A DNA stretch of 64,000 nt from NCBI GenBank assembly GCA_964016885.1, contig OZ024745.1, positions 132,928,001-132,992,000 on the forward strand. Reading direction: 5' to 3'. The notes under the pieces were generated by a model. The model searched no databases, was not told where the DNA came from, and saw only the letters and a list, made by a program, of their open reading frames with translations. Position numbers and translations under genes: made by a program. The stretch comes from Eledone cirrhosa (Eukaryota). Shown here in pieces: positions 1-13,470 of this stretch (its first letter is position 1; each line of letters starts with the position of its first letter).

Positions 1-33
1 CGTCCGACCCTCTACCGATACTGCCAATTCACC
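1..33 (-). mobile_element. 5' end of tRNA-derived SINE family S1, cut by window edge
   Basis: cgtccgaccctctaccgatactgccaattcacc is the reverse complement of the S1 head seen at 61391 and 26378. Confidence 0.85.
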
Positions 34-2307
34 AAAAGATAATGGTCAACAGAAATTGGATGGGCGAATTGTCTGGTTCAGTGAATATGGTTAGTTCGCT
101 GGGGTGTCAGAATATACTTTAAAAAAAGGGGGCTCACAAGGGCTTTTTTTTTAATAAACGTAAATTGATTGGTTATGAATGAAATTATGGCTGTCACGTG
201 AACAAGCTTTCATTAAATTTTCGCGCCCTTATTTATATATATATATATATATGCATATACAGCAATCATTTATATATTTATATAAATTCTATCGGGAATC
301 TCATTGTTACTTATATAAGCGCGATCATTGCTTGCGTCGAACGCTAATGGATAATTTTAAGTAATTATTCATGTCATATTCACCAAAACCAAATTCTATA
401 TTTTCAATATCAAGCAGTTAAACTTTTGAACTCTGATAGAATCCTATGAACTCAATTCCATAGTATTTAAAAATAGTCCATTGACAGGTCAGTCGATGAA
501 TTTTACATGTAACAAGACTACTTGTAGCATACAAGTCGTAGAGTTTAGATTTGCAACAGGGCTCAAATTTATGATTCGTGTTTGGATGATTATTGTTCGT
601 TATCTTTGCGAAGTCAAAGATCGTCAATAACTGCCAATCGAGCTTTTCCTCTCATTGCATTCATATCATTTCAATCGGCGTTCAATTGACATTTCGATAT
701 AACTAAATTGGCTCCAAAGTAGTTGGAGTTATATTTTATATTTGACGAGCTAGGGCGTAATTCACGATTTCTTTTACATAAGAGCAGCTAAGAGCATTCG
801 ATTTAATTTATATGCCTATTAGTGTCAAATTTCGTAATAATATCATGTTAAGAATTTTAGACGTTTCATTCAAACTGTGAACGCCATTTTGATGGAAATA
901 CCCAATCATTTTCTTTTTAAAAGAAAACCAAAATTTTAAAGAATGCAGATATAATTATCATATCCTTTCTCATACAATCTCCAAGGGAATACTTTATATC
1001 TAATTGGTAGTATTACCGACTGTATCTGATATTTAATGACATAGTTTAGTGTTAAGACAAGGTGGTATTTTTTTCCCAGGCCGGGAATTAAGCATTTCGG
1101 TAATGTATTTTTCACTATAATTTTCTGATTATATGCGTTAAAATACTTTAGTGTAACGGTCGCATATCGGTGACGGTGAAAATGTTGCACACAACAACAT
1201 CTCTGAATGCATATAAAAAGACAGAACTAGCTTGCAAAACTACATTGAATATGATAAAACATCTGGTTAATATGCTTCGAGATAATGTTTCTTCTATTAA
1301 ATTGTCCATATATATGGCATTTCTAGCTTTCAGCTATCATCATTCTATTGCTGATTTAAGTATCAATACTGAATAAAATTGGTAAAAAATCAAAGTGTAT
1401 AACCATATAAACGGTCAGAAATACAGCAGAATTATTGTTATGAAATAGAAATATGTTCTTGTTTAAAGTCTACAAGTATACAAGAACGGCTGCTGTCGAA
1501 ACCCTATCATGTGTGTGAAAGTAGTTTCCGTGTACGCAATTTTAAAGGGAGACGCGCATACACACACGAAAATAAGTACACACGTATGTACACAAATACT
1601 CATATTCCAACACACACACACACATATACACATATATATCTATATATATATATATGAAAAATATGTACCAGTAAAATGTGTTTGTGTAGATAAGTGTACA
1701 AACGAAAATAAAAGATTGCTTACCAAGGTATTTTTCTCACCAAGGTCCTTGTATGTTACACCAATAGTCCAATAAGAGGGATCAGATTATAGTATCCAGT
1801 TTGAAGATCATGGAGTAATAATATTTTTAAATGTAAAGGAAAAACAAATACTAGACGTGAAGTATAGAAATATTTTATCAAAAGTTCGTTCTTTAACATA
1901 TGTTTCAATAGAATATAAGTTTTCATAGCGCTGGTTGCATAATAATATTATTATTAAGGCTATTAATTAGGATTATATTTAATATTGCATTTCGTCAGAA
2001 AGATTTCAAAAAGATTTCAAAGTATGAGGTAAGTTTGTCACATCTTGCAGTGAAGATATTTCGACTTCTATACGCTGTGAATAAAAGACAACTGGAATAA
2101 GAAGAGAGGTAGAAAAGACAAAATATGGAGGGACAGAAATAGTAGTAAATAAGTCATGAAAAAATAATAAATAATAAACAATTAGCTAGGGAAAAGATAA
2201 TGAGATAGAATAAGGACAAAAAAAGGAAAAACTAAGGGGTGAAAATTTACATAAACACATATGTACACTATACACACACACATACTCACATACACACACA
2301 TATATAT

Positions 2308-2351
<44 letters not shown>

Positions 2352-2421
2352 GTGCACATATACGCACATACATAATACTCATCTACACAGCATATATACG
2401 CGAATATTCTCACTCACACGC

Positions 2422-2453
<32 letters not shown>

Positions 2454-2694
2454 CATATCCACACATATGCATATACATATGTATGCATATACACACATAT
2501 GTGTATGTATGATTACATACATACACAAATACATGTATGCTCACATGTACATACGCAAATACACTTTTACGTATATAACATAAAAGAACATATACTTGTC
2601 CATGCACACATACACATATACATAGGCAAATATATATAATAAATCATATATATACTCATATATGCATATATATATATATGCATATATATATATG

Positions 2695-2784
<90 letters not shown>

Positions 2785-2785
<1 letters not shown>

Positions 2786-3280
2786 GGGATAACACGTTAT
2801 CGTTATAGGCAATCCACTTAGAGGTAGTCCAGTTAGAGTACTCCGTGTTGTGGATGGTATTAACGTATGACTTAGTTTGACTCAACAACACGCTTCCATA
2901 GTGATGCAGCGAGTTCATGATAATTTCTATGTAGGTTATACTTGGAGTAATAATAATTCAAGAGATAAGAGTAACATGGTTGTCTCTACAATAAGGGTTT
3001 ATTCACAGTGCTGACAATTGTTTCTTTGATCTGGTAGGTCTAGAGTTCGCTAATCGCTAGATGTTGCATCAATCTAACTCCAATACTTTGTTTATAACCA
3101 GTTAATTCATCAGAGCGAGCTATGTAAGGATAATATACAAGGCATGGCTTTTATAGAGGAGTGGTATTAGCCCAGAACAACAATATCAATAACAAAATAA
3201 CTAGATACTGAATAGTTAAATTAATAACATCAATATAAGTGAGAAATAGAATATAATTTACTCAACAGGTTAGTGGAGTA
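2785..3280 (-). mobile_element. Penelope-like element terminal fragment next to (TA)n
   Basis: Minus strand: pyrimidine-rich stretch, hammerhead motif, then AATAAACCCT tail (also at about 18304 in another PLE fragment); abuts long (TA)n. Confidence 0.55.
3010..3116 (-). ncRNA. Type I hammerhead ribozyme with long stem II
   Basis: Minus strand: gct-CTGATGA (3113-3107), about 82-nt stem II with ctggt/accag and tggagtt/aactcta pairings, GAAA (3024-3021), palindromic CAATTG, TC^agc; stem I only about 3 bp. Confidence 0.65.
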
Positions 3281-3281
3281 A

Positions 3282-3420
3282 ATATTCAATGATATTAAAT
3301 AAATGGAAACTATATTTATAAAACCATATTTATTTTATTATATATATTTCAAGGGTAACAAAACACATTGGTACGCTTTCCTGAGATAGAATACAAAGTT
3401 TGTTTTATAAATAGAGAATA
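3282..3420 (-). mobile_element. PLE-type family A copy with hammerhead (core mutated to CTCAGGA)
   Basis: Minus 3393-3331: tattctat-CTCAGGA-aagcgtaccaa..ttgttaccctt-GAAA-tatata-TA^ataaaata; homologous to 60381-60486. Confidence 0.7.
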
Positions 3421-3696
3421 TTTAATATATATACTTATAATATATTTCCCTCAAATTAACGTTATATGCGTTTTTATTCATCTTCTCTTGTTTATCTCTT
3501 CTCTCTCTCTCTCGCACTATTTTATACTTCTCCTCTTATCTCTTCTCTCTATCTCCATAGTCGTTTAAATAAAAGGTTGTTTTTCAATTATTTACATATT
3601 CATTTGCATATTCACCCATAAGTTTGAAAAATCCCTAATACATTTCCACTATACAGAGAATATCCAACCGATAAGGTATGATTTTCATGGGGATGT

Positions 3697-3812
3697 CTCT
3701 ATTTATAAAACAAAACTTTGTATTTTATCTGAGGAAAGCTTACCAATGTGTCTTGGTACCCTTTAAATAAATATGGTTTTATAAATATAGATTCCATTTA
3801 ATTAATACCATT
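3697..3812 (+). mobile_element. PLE-type family A copy, inverted partner of 3282-3420
   Basis: tattttat-CTGAGGA-aagcttaccaa..ttggtaccctt-TAAA (GAAA and stem III damaged), then the family A tail taaatatggttttataaa. Confidence 0.7.
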
Positions 3813-3910
3813 GTATATATATATTATGTATACTCCAGTCCCACAAACTGTAGAGTGCTTCTTATCCGATATCTGCATTGCTTTATTGTACTACAATAAA
3901 ACTCACCTCC

Positions 3911-4015
<105 letters not shown>

Positions 4016-4017
4016 TG

Positions 4018-4110
<93 letters not shown>

Positions 4111-4205
4111 ACATACAAATAAATGCAAAACATATGTCGATACTTATCCAGAGAAATAAAGTCATCCAAGAGTTAAAGTATATAAATTTTAAGTAGCGAG
4201 TAATC

Positions 4206-4242
<37 letters not shown>

Positions 4243-4244
<2 letters not shown>

Positions 4245-4815
4245 GGGTGATCCACTGGCACCTATGCAAAGTAAAGAATTTACCATATTCTGAGAAGTGG
4301 TATGAGCATAAACCAGAGTCGGTGATAGAAAACGATCAGGTGAAGGTGCTGTGGGGTTTTAGGATACAGACAGACAAGAAACTGGAACACAATAGACCTA
4401 ACCTGGTGGTTTTGGACAAGGAAAATGATCGTTTGGACAAGGAAAATGATTGTGGATGTGGCCTGCCCATTCGAGTGCAAGAGAGGGAGAGGGAGAAAAT
4501 TAACTGATACCAGGACTTAAAGTGGGAGGTAAAAAGGATTTGGAACTGCCATGAAGTCAAAGTTGTCCCGATTGTCATAGGCGCACTCAAAGAGTTTCCA
4601 AGTATGGTTAAATAGAATTGGTCAGGCCCCGCTTTTTGGAACACTTCAAAAGGCATGCTTGCTGGGAACAGCGAAAACTCTCCGGTACGTCCTGAATATC
4701 TGAGGCTGCAGGTAATGGCTTGATATTTATTTCAACAAACTTTCCAGTTAAATAACATCAATTACTGAGACTCAAAGAACAATAATAATAATAATAATGA
4801 TATTAATAATAATAA
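4243..4815 (+). mobile_element. 5'-truncated R4/Dong-clade LINE (RLE endonuclease 3' end) inside (TAA)n
   Basis: IHWHLCK..KWYEHKPESVIEND.VKVLWGFRIQTDKKLEHNRPNLVVLDK and VVPIVIGAL motifs; (TAA)n at 4208-4243 and about 4779-4815. Confidence 0.85.
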
Positions 4816-5096
4816 AAGAGGTAGGCAAAGTATTTGGATAAAGAGAAGTAGGATCGAATCCAATGCTATTCTAAGACGAGAAATAAATTAAATATGCAAG
4901 CTAGAGGGGTATAGAGGGCAAATAGGATATAACGTATTTAGACGAGAGAAAGGAATGATGCTAATCCTGGTGGTACCTAGTAAAAGTACATAGATTTCTA
5001 TGTTGGCAATTGATAACCCTGACCTGACGAGCGTTTAACAGATCAGATCCAGACATAATTTCCATAACCTCCCACAATATATATATATATATGTAT

Positions 5097-5184
<88 letters not shown>

Positions 5185-5733
5185 GCAAGGTTTTTGATAT
5201 GAAATCGTGTGTCGAAACAGATATTGTTATACTTGGGGAGGGTCATATTGTTGTAATAATATTGCCAAAAATAATAACAGAACACACTCACTGTTTGGTT
5301 GGTTTTCACTGTTGTATCTTTTATATCTCCATACTTAATTTATATGGCAATCAATGTTTATCATTGATTGACTAACGTTTAAAAATACATATATAAATAT
5401 ACTAAGGAACGTGTTATATGTAAAATGAACCCACAGATAAACTGTAAAACTAGAAATGTAGTCTATAGCATAGGATGTTACCCTCTCACAACCACTATCT
5501 CTTTCTCTCTATCCTTCTCTCTCTCTATTTATGAAGGTACCCAGAAAACCCTATATCTCTGGAACCGGTATTCCCATTTACACGAAACTTGTTTTATTCC
5601 ATTTATATTCCCATTACAGGGTTAACTTACCTACAAAGCACTTGCCCATTATGCCCCCTTTTGACTGTATTGCATTACCGATATGCAAGCAAGCAATAAC
5701 ATATTTTAGTAGTATATAGATACATATACACTC

Positions 5734-5780
<47 letters not shown>

Positions 5781-5807
5781 GATACAAAACATATGTACAC
5801 ACATCTA

Positions 5808-5850
<43 letters not shown>

Positions 5851-5979
5851 ATACAAACATACTCGTATATATATATATATAAATATATCCAAAATTAAAT
5901 TAAGGGTTGTCAATTTACAAATTATTCCCTGTAATTGTTCCATGTATTTATTTTATATATATGTCAATCTATTTCTAGT

Positions 5980-6067
<88 letters not shown>

Positions 6068-6578
6068 CGTATATACAGGTTCGTAAATGTTGCATTTTAT
6101 CTGGAACATGACTGCTGCTGTGTCTTTGAATCATGTTCAACGTCTCTGTTACCGATATACCAAGTTTAATGCAACATTTCACGCTGGCTTCTTACTTCAT
6201 CTTGATGCCGTGATGTAATCCTAGACTTGAATACGGACATGATCAGAAAAAGACAGTTTAACAACTTACGATGTAAACACAACGATGTCACTTGACACAA
6301 TGATTTATGAAAATTACAGCTACCTAGCACTGTGCGCGCAACCCTATGGTGCCATCTGTTGGTGCGCTACAGGGTTAGTCAAGAAAAAGTTCGGTACTAC
6401 TTCGTATGCTTGTTGATGTGGTGAAGCGTTGTAATAAATAAATAATACTTTCACAACCTTCTCGGGAAAGGAATAGATATCATTATATATAACATTCTTC
6501 AATTCATTACTTAGTATTTTCATACACAATTTACAAAAAATGTTTAATTAATAATTGTTTATACAATACAGAACACAA

Positions 6579-6890
6579 CGCGATGGAGAAGAACCACAAA
6601 TTAAGCCCCCAGCGACATTGAAATCTGCTGAGCACGGTGAATATGGGGAAGCTGAGGTGGTATGGGCATGCATCAAGATGGAACGAATTCTCCAAAACGA
6701 TTCTCCAAGGAACAGTGAAGGGAATGAGAGGGTAAGCCTTACAGAGGAAGCCGTGGACAGACAATATAGCTAAGTAGACGGAAAATCACTCGTACATAAC
6801 CAGAGGAGATGGAGGCGGTTTTTGTCGCGTTTAACACTGTAGTTTCTCAACGACCCCGGCAAGAGTTAAGAGACCATGTTAATGATGATG
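6579..6890 (+). mobile_element. RTE-clade LINE 3' fragment
   Basis: Translates NLLSTVNMGKLRWYGHASRWNEFSKTILQGTVKGMRG, typical RTE C-terminus; short (GAT)n tail. Confidence 0.75.
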
Positions 6891-7619
6891 TACCATAAGG
6901 AAACCACTGCTCACTTAATTGTGAAATGCGAGAACGAGATTTGATATGGTGTCACCAAAATATAAAACTTCCAAATTTATATGAACAGAAACTTTATATT
7001 GATTGATAACATCGCATGTACTTCAATATTTTCAGCAATTTTGGCGTTTTAACTGTCAATGAAATGAAGTTTAGCATTTCAAATTATTTCCATATTACGC
7101 AAATCCATGTTTACCTCTCTGAATATCGTTTTAGCTGGTAAATGTTTTAGGCTATTGTTCGAAACCATTAAGATCAGCAATAAATGTTCTATGTCAGCAC
7201 GACCGCGGATTTGCATTATATATTCCAGTGTTACTGCAATCTTAATGGTTCATTTTTATCGTATATGACAGAAAATACAAAGAGATTTCTGATTTTGAAA
7301 ACGTTTATATAAGACATTCTGAAAATTTAAGGAATTGAAAAGAATTTTTTGAAAATCAGTGATATTTTTATGAAATTTATCGATATATATGTTGCATAAC
7401 ATTAAAGGATAGAACACTTATTTATACTATTCGGCCAAAATAATCTTCATACATTATGTAAAATTACTTAAATCAAATTAAGGTTTATGTAACAGTGATT
7501 GGTTTTACAAAGACGGTGGCGCATCACCTACGACTTTGAGATCGTCATGGTCTCATACCAGCTCCTTGATATATTCGGCAGAAATCGCTATTGTTTAATA
7601 TCATTATTATTGTTGTTGT

Positions 7620-7806
7620 TGGATTGGCAGTACCGGTAGAGGGTCGGGCGCCATGCTTTGAAGCATAGAGTTACGGCTCTTGCCATTCTGAGTTCAAATC
7701 CCGCCGAGGTTAACTTTGCCTTTCATCCTTAAGGGGTCGATAAAATAAAGTACCAGTAATACACTGGGGTAATTGCTGGCCTTGTGCCAAAAGTAGAAAC
7801 AATTAT
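7620..7806 (+). mobile_element. SINE S1
   Basis: A-box-like tggcagtaccgg, B-box gagttcaaatccc, core gcctttcatcctt..ggggtcgataaaataaagtaccag, ATT tail. Confidence 0.9.
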
Positions 7807-7817
7807 TAGTGTTGTTT

Positions 7818-7855
<38 letters not shown>

Positions 7856-8570
7856 GCATATGTAGGTGATGTCACTGGGATGGCGTGTAAAACCTTAGAG
7901 TAATATGAAAGTTTCAGCAGAGTAAATATCAATCCGGAAAAATCAGTGGGTTTGTTTCTCGGCAAATCTATAACATTGAACAGTTGCGTCTAACGCTAGA
8001 TGCATGGACAAGTGATGTAGTTCGTTATCTGGTTTGGGTTAAACATCCAGGTGTGCTAAAGTGGTCAGTGGAAATTCCACCCTAGAGTTAATAGAGGACT
8101 AGCAGTAGGCAAGTGAGACGACGTTCACAAAACACGCAAGGCGTTTACGAAATTGAACTGACCAGTCGGTTCCGGATCATTCTCGAACTTGTGATTATGG
8201 CTAACTTCCAGAAAGCATTGACGTAGCAATGCCACCGGGGGGTACTGCCGATTCGAGCCAACCTCTACAGACATGGAATTTCTCTTAGATATACATGTCC
8301 TAGATGTCCGCAGTGTGACGAGAATGTTTTGCAGGCACTCCTCCATTCTCCAACATTGTTCTAATTTTATTATCGTCGAGGTTAACTTTGCCTTACATCC
8401 TTACGGGGTCGATAAAATAAAGTACCAGTAATGCACTGGGTAATTGCTGGTCTTTGTGCCAAAAGTAGAAACAATTATTTGTAATTTGTTATTCATTTTT
8501 TTTACTCGTCTCTTGTGTAAACATCTTTCTATTGTCCCCTATATGTTGGGCCTTGTGCCCCATAAATAAA
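7856..8570 (+). mobile_element. Decayed L1/Tx1-clade LINE fragment interrupted by a partial SINE
   Basis: AYVGDVT..YESFSRVNINPEKSVGL (RT YADD region); FQKAL..CHRGVLPIRANLYRHG...CPRC (zf-RVT); related to 25240-26165. Confidence 0.7.
8375..8478 (+). mobile_element. SINE S1 3' half
   Basis: gaggttaactttgcc..ggggtcgataaaataaagtaccag..gtagaaacaattatt. Confidence 0.85.
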
Positions 8571-8581
8571 TTATTACTATT

Positions 8582-8735
8582 AGTGGATTTGCAGTATTGG
8601 TAGAGCGTCGGACACAATGTTTTGTGGCATATAGTTATGTCCCTTTACGTTCTAGGTTCAAATCCCGGCGATGTTAGCTTTGCAATTCATCCTGACGCGG
8701 TCGATAAAATAAAGTACCTGTAACGCACTGCAGTG
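8582..8735 (+). mobile_element. SINE S1, older subfamily
   Basis: gtggatttgcagtattggtagagcgtcggac..ggttcaaatcccg..gtcgataaaataaagtacc. Confidence 0.8.
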
Positions 8736-9744
8736 GAGTGGCAGAATCGGAGGAGCGGCGGACAATAAGCCTCGTAGCATAGAGTTACCTCCCTGTTATC
8801 CTTACTAGATCGATAAAATAATCTACAAGTAATAGAATGTGTTCGATTTAATCGACTTTCACTTCTCCCCGAAATGTTGGCAACCGAAATGATACCAAAT
8901 TTCTCTGCGATGTATATTTTAACCAAACCCAGTTTGCTGTGTTTATTTGTTTTAAACCCTGATGCAATGATTTTTATTGCTTGTTTATTTTCTAAAGTTA
9001 CTGTTTCAACAGAAACCCATTCGAGGTGATACTTGAATCATTAATACAAATGCAGGCAGATTTGCAGACACACTCATAACAACCAGCATCTATGCTGACG
9101 TTCCTACTAACAGACATTCGAACACACCGTCATCCACGTATAAATATGCACGCAGAAATGTAAAGAAGAGTTATAATATTCTTTGAGGTGCCTCAAATGC
9201 AGTATGATCAATCATTTATTTCTCTATTTGGTTCGGGACCTAAATCATTATATCATTACTCTTATATTGCATTGTCTCATTGTTTGCACAATCACCAACG
9301 TAATGTGTATTCTTTGGCGTGCTAAGTTAACTCTTAGGCATTCAATGTCAAAGCATTTCCTAAGGTTTCTCAGAATGATGGAAAACATTTCTAAATTGAT
9401 TAGTTTGAAGACTATTCTTGTTTTGTTTATATACATTGATACCAAGGCTCCTTATTCTCTATTTTAAGCTATTGACATTGCAGTTTCTCGATTGGCAGAT
9501 CAACAGTATTATCGTAATCTCCTTTATCATTATTTTGAGTTAGCTTTCAGAAGATATTCTATAGAAAATCAAGGATTTGAAGCAACATTATATAATTTCT
9601 GTTTATAGTGGTGAAAGTTCGATTGCCAGTTGGAATAATACACTTCACTTCTAACTTATTCACTGAGGCTAAACCGTATCACGTATCTGGGTTTTAGTTG
9701 CCAATACGTAACGATAAAGATCATTCAAAGGCACCTAAAATAAT

Positions 9745-9910
9745 TGTTTCTACTTTTGGCACAAAGCCAGCAATTAACCAGTACATTACTGGTACTTTAT
9801 TTTATCGACCCCCGTAAGGATGAAAGACAAAGTTAACCTCGGCGGGATTTGAACTCAGGCCGTAAAGGGACATAACTATGCTAGAAAGCATGGCGTCCAA
9901 CCCTCTACCG
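9745..9910 (-). mobile_element. SINE S1 with 11-bp target-site duplication (TSD)
   Basis: S1 reverse complement flanked by cctaaaataat at 9734-9744 and 9911-9921. Confidence 0.9.
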
Positions 9911-10039
9911 CCTAAAATAATATTAAATTGCCAAACACACACAGACAAATAGGTACATAAATACACACTCACACAGACACGCATTGGCGCTTGCACACGC
10001 GCAAACATATATACACTCCCGATGGTTAAGTTGTTAAAC

Positions 10040-10112
10040 TTCCGATCGTAATACCAAAGGTTAACATCCTGGGTCGAGAGGCACGTTGACTTCTTGTGCA
10101 ACACACTTATTT
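10040..10112 (+). mobile_element. Degenerate CORE-type SINE S2 fragment
   Basis: cacgttgacttcttgtgcaacacacttatttc resembles the S2 core at 41625-41660. Confidence 0.4.
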
Positions 10113-10129
10113 CCAGAAGAAAATAAGAA

Positions 10130-10825
10130 GAGACCGTCTCCAAATGATCCAGCTGGACCCCAGGGGTCTACCCCTGTGTCTCCTACTGGTTGGTTGTGTC
10201 CGTAAAATCTTTCCAGCGACACTTTCCTGAGACATTCCAACCATATACCCATAGTATCGCAGCTGCGATCTCATAATTTGGAGAAGTAGTGGCTCTACCT
10301 CTAGTGACTCCCTGTTTTCCGAGCTACGGACTTTATCGAGTAACGTTACTCCAAAGACTCTTCGGAGGAATCCCATTTCGGCCGCTTGTATTTGCGATCG
10401 TATTATTTCGGTCATTATACAAGATTCATGACCATTGGCAAGGGTTGGCACGTAGACTAAATTGAAGACAGTGAGTTTGTTTTTTACGCCTACCTCCCTT
10501 TTTCTGATACTGAATGCTGAGGCTGGCACGTTACTGCACCAGTTCCTGCCATTATTGCACTTAATTAAGCCCCCTGCCTTCCATCACACGTGAACTCGGT
10601 CCTGAGATACTTGAACTTCTCTACCTGCTTCACTGAAACTCCATTAACATGTAGAGTGCACTGCGCAGGTATCCTTGAGAGGACGAGTGTCTCAGTTTTC
10701 GCAGCACTGATTTTCATTTCAGCCATGCAGCTCTCGGCATCAAACCTATCAATGCAAGTCGAAGATCATCTTCTGTTGAGTTGAGTAACACCATGCTGTC
10801 TACAAATTCCAGCCAACTGATCTGA
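10130..10825 (-). mobile_element. RTE-clade (Expander/Rex3-like) LINE fragment
   Basis: KLTVFNLVYVPTLANGHE..IQAAEMGFLRRV.GVTLLDKVRS..QLRYYG..RGRP; upstream MKISAAKTETLV..QVEKFKYL. Confidence 0.85.
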
Positions 10826-12609
10826 AGGTAATGGTGAGTGATGCATGTAAGGGACCTTCGTTCTCTATTGTACTCTCAGGAAATAGAATAAGTTCCGATC
10901 TGATGGACCTTATTTTAGGAATAATATGTATGCCAAATATGCATAAACTAGTCAATCAAATAATTTACTATGAAATCCATGGGTATGAAAGAGTTTCATC
11001 GTCATTATAAATCCGATATGTAGTACAGAAATAAGTATGCATGGATCCATAATTCTTGAGGGAGACTTAAAGCGCCGAACGTACATACGGCGAGCCTCTG
11101 GAATTTTAAATCTGGCAAATAGCATCTCCTCTCTAGTTTTGAACACGACCTATCTCTTCCAGAGATGGCAGTGAAAGGCACATAGTGATAGAGACGTATT
11201 TAGATGTATATATATATATATATATATATATAGCTGTGTGTGTGTGTATTAACTATTCAAATCTACTAAATCTTCGAGAAACATTGCACAACACAATCCC
11301 ACAATCAAAATGTTGAGGCTCTACAAGTTTTACCATTAATTTAAAAAAATAATTTTAAAACTACCAACTTAATCATTTGGCGATTTTAGGAAGTTACTTT
11401 AGATACCATATGGACATTTATATTCCAGATGACACATAATTTGAGCTAAGTCGAAATATGTTGGGCACATTTCCGCTGATACCAGACTTACTAGAAATAT
11501 CAGTCAAGACTTCCTTGTGTGCGAAGACGATGGGGGTCTTTGAAGTTTTAAATACACTGCGTATGAAAACTAAAATGAAGCTAAAATAAATCTAAGACTT
11601 GGAGACGTTTCGTGAAATCATTTATGCCTAGGAGCTACATGACAACATTAATTGCATCTAGCACGACATACTCTTCTATAATATAAGTGTTTATGCCTTG
11701 GGCAGGATTGAAGCTGACCATCTCGCAGCTAGTGTTTCCGTAACTATTTACTACATTTCGTTCTTGCAATGATGTGTATAACTGTTCGCATATTAGAAAT
11801 ATTGATATAAATTTTAGAACTACCAAGTAGTGATAACAGTATTGTGTATATTACAGAAAGGTTCTCATGTAATGTATAAACGAAACTGTCTAAGTGAACA
11901 CAACATGATTTTAAAACGAAAAATAAACAATGAAGTACTGTTGTTTGTGTGAGGTGCCAAATATTTATTCATTATTATAAGCTTTTTGTTTTGTCAAATT
12001 ATGAAAATAAGCAAAGAAACTTGAGAATTATTAAGTAAGAGACTTAATAACGTAGATTATTCAGAGACAAAAGATCAATAGATCAAAACTTTTATTGTAT
12101 ATTGATCTAAATTGTATTCATAATAGAAATAGATATTTAGTCAGTGTATTATTGATACTTTTGCGTTTGACTATCTTTATAACAATTCATTTCGTTTGAA
12201 AGTATACCGTTGTATTTTTGTTTCTACCATGGTTAAAAAAATGAGAAAAAAACACCATTTATGAAGAATTGCAGTGAAGTCAAGATTAGTGCAGTGTTAT
12301 TAATTAATTATACAAAATCAATGATATAATACTTTAATGATGCTACAAGACAATATGTTTACGAGGGAGTTGGGACAATGTATAGTACAGAATAAATTGT
12401 GGAGAAAAAAATGTAATAAAAGCTGACTACTTAACAAAGATGTTTGATGGAAAAGTTTCCATTAACAAAAGACAGTTATATGAGTGTGTATACATTAAAA
12501 GGAGGTTCTATACTGAAATGGAAGAGAATTTGAACAAAGAGAAGCTACAGGGAGGTATGTATATGTATATATATATATATATCTACATATAAACACACTC
12601 ATACATACA

Positions 12610-12682
<73 letters not shown>

Positions 12683-12725
12683 AATATATGTGTATATATA
12701 TATATATATATATACATACATACAT

Positions 12726-12810
<85 letters not shown>

Positions 12811-13077
12811 GGGTAATATTTTCAATTAATGGTAGTTGCAAATCTGAAACCAGAACTTACAGAACCCCAAAATATTAGCATAGTTTTACAATTTAAATCT
12901 AGAGCATTAACAAAGTAGCCCTACAGTTTGTTGTTGAATCCATTACAGACTATTATATCGTACTTAGTGACGTCATCAGTCATATAAAGAGACCAGACAA
13001 ATTGATTTCAAAACAATGACCACATGTATTACAATACACCATTTTTATAAATTTGGCAATATTAACAGAAGAATATC

Positions 13078-13215
13078 ACTACTACCACTAATATTACTTT
13101 TGTTGCTGCTGCTACTACTACAACTGCTGCTGTTAATACTGCTACTACTACTAATGCTGCTGCTGCTATTAATACTACTACTACTGTTACTGCTACTACT
13201 TCTGCTACTACTACT
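13078..13215. repeat. (CTA/CTG)n microsatellite
   Basis: Direct reading; source of the poly-Leu and poly-Ser ORFs. Confidence 0.9.
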
Positions 13216-13237
13216 AAAATTAAAATAACAATAATAA

Positions 13238-13448
13238 TGGTTTCTCATATAGGTAGAAGGTCAAGTAAGTTTTTCTTGGGGGGGGGGGTAATTAAATCGA
13301 CCCAGTGCGTGAGTGGTATTTTATTTGATCGACCCCATATGGTTGAAAGACAAAGTTAGCCTCGGCTGGAGTTGAACTCAGACCTAAAGGGCAGTATCTC
13401 TATGCATGGTGTCTGTCGCTCTCTACTGAAACTGCCAAACTACTGCCC
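13238..13448 (-). mobile_element. SINE S1, diverged subfamily
   Basis: gatcgacccc..gaaagacaaagttagcctcgg..ttgaactcag..actgccaaactactgccc. Confidence 0.8.
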
Positions 13449-13470
13449 TGTGTTTGATAATAATAATAAA

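Noticed and set aside
1920-2005. Possible hammerhead on minus (CTGACGA..gcaaccagcgcta)
   Set aside because: GAAA and stem I cannot be restored without several changes
7620-7705. tRNA gene
   Set aside because: A/B boxes belong to the SINE head; no cloverleaf, and the sequence continues into SINE core and tail
12960-12990. CTGATGA on minus (also at about 21185, 32695, 19075, and on plus at 42992)
   Set aside because: No closing stem II, GAAA, stem III or stem I complement nearby
13016-13228. Poly-Leu signal or transmembrane-like ORF
   Set aside because: (CTA/CTG)n microsatellite
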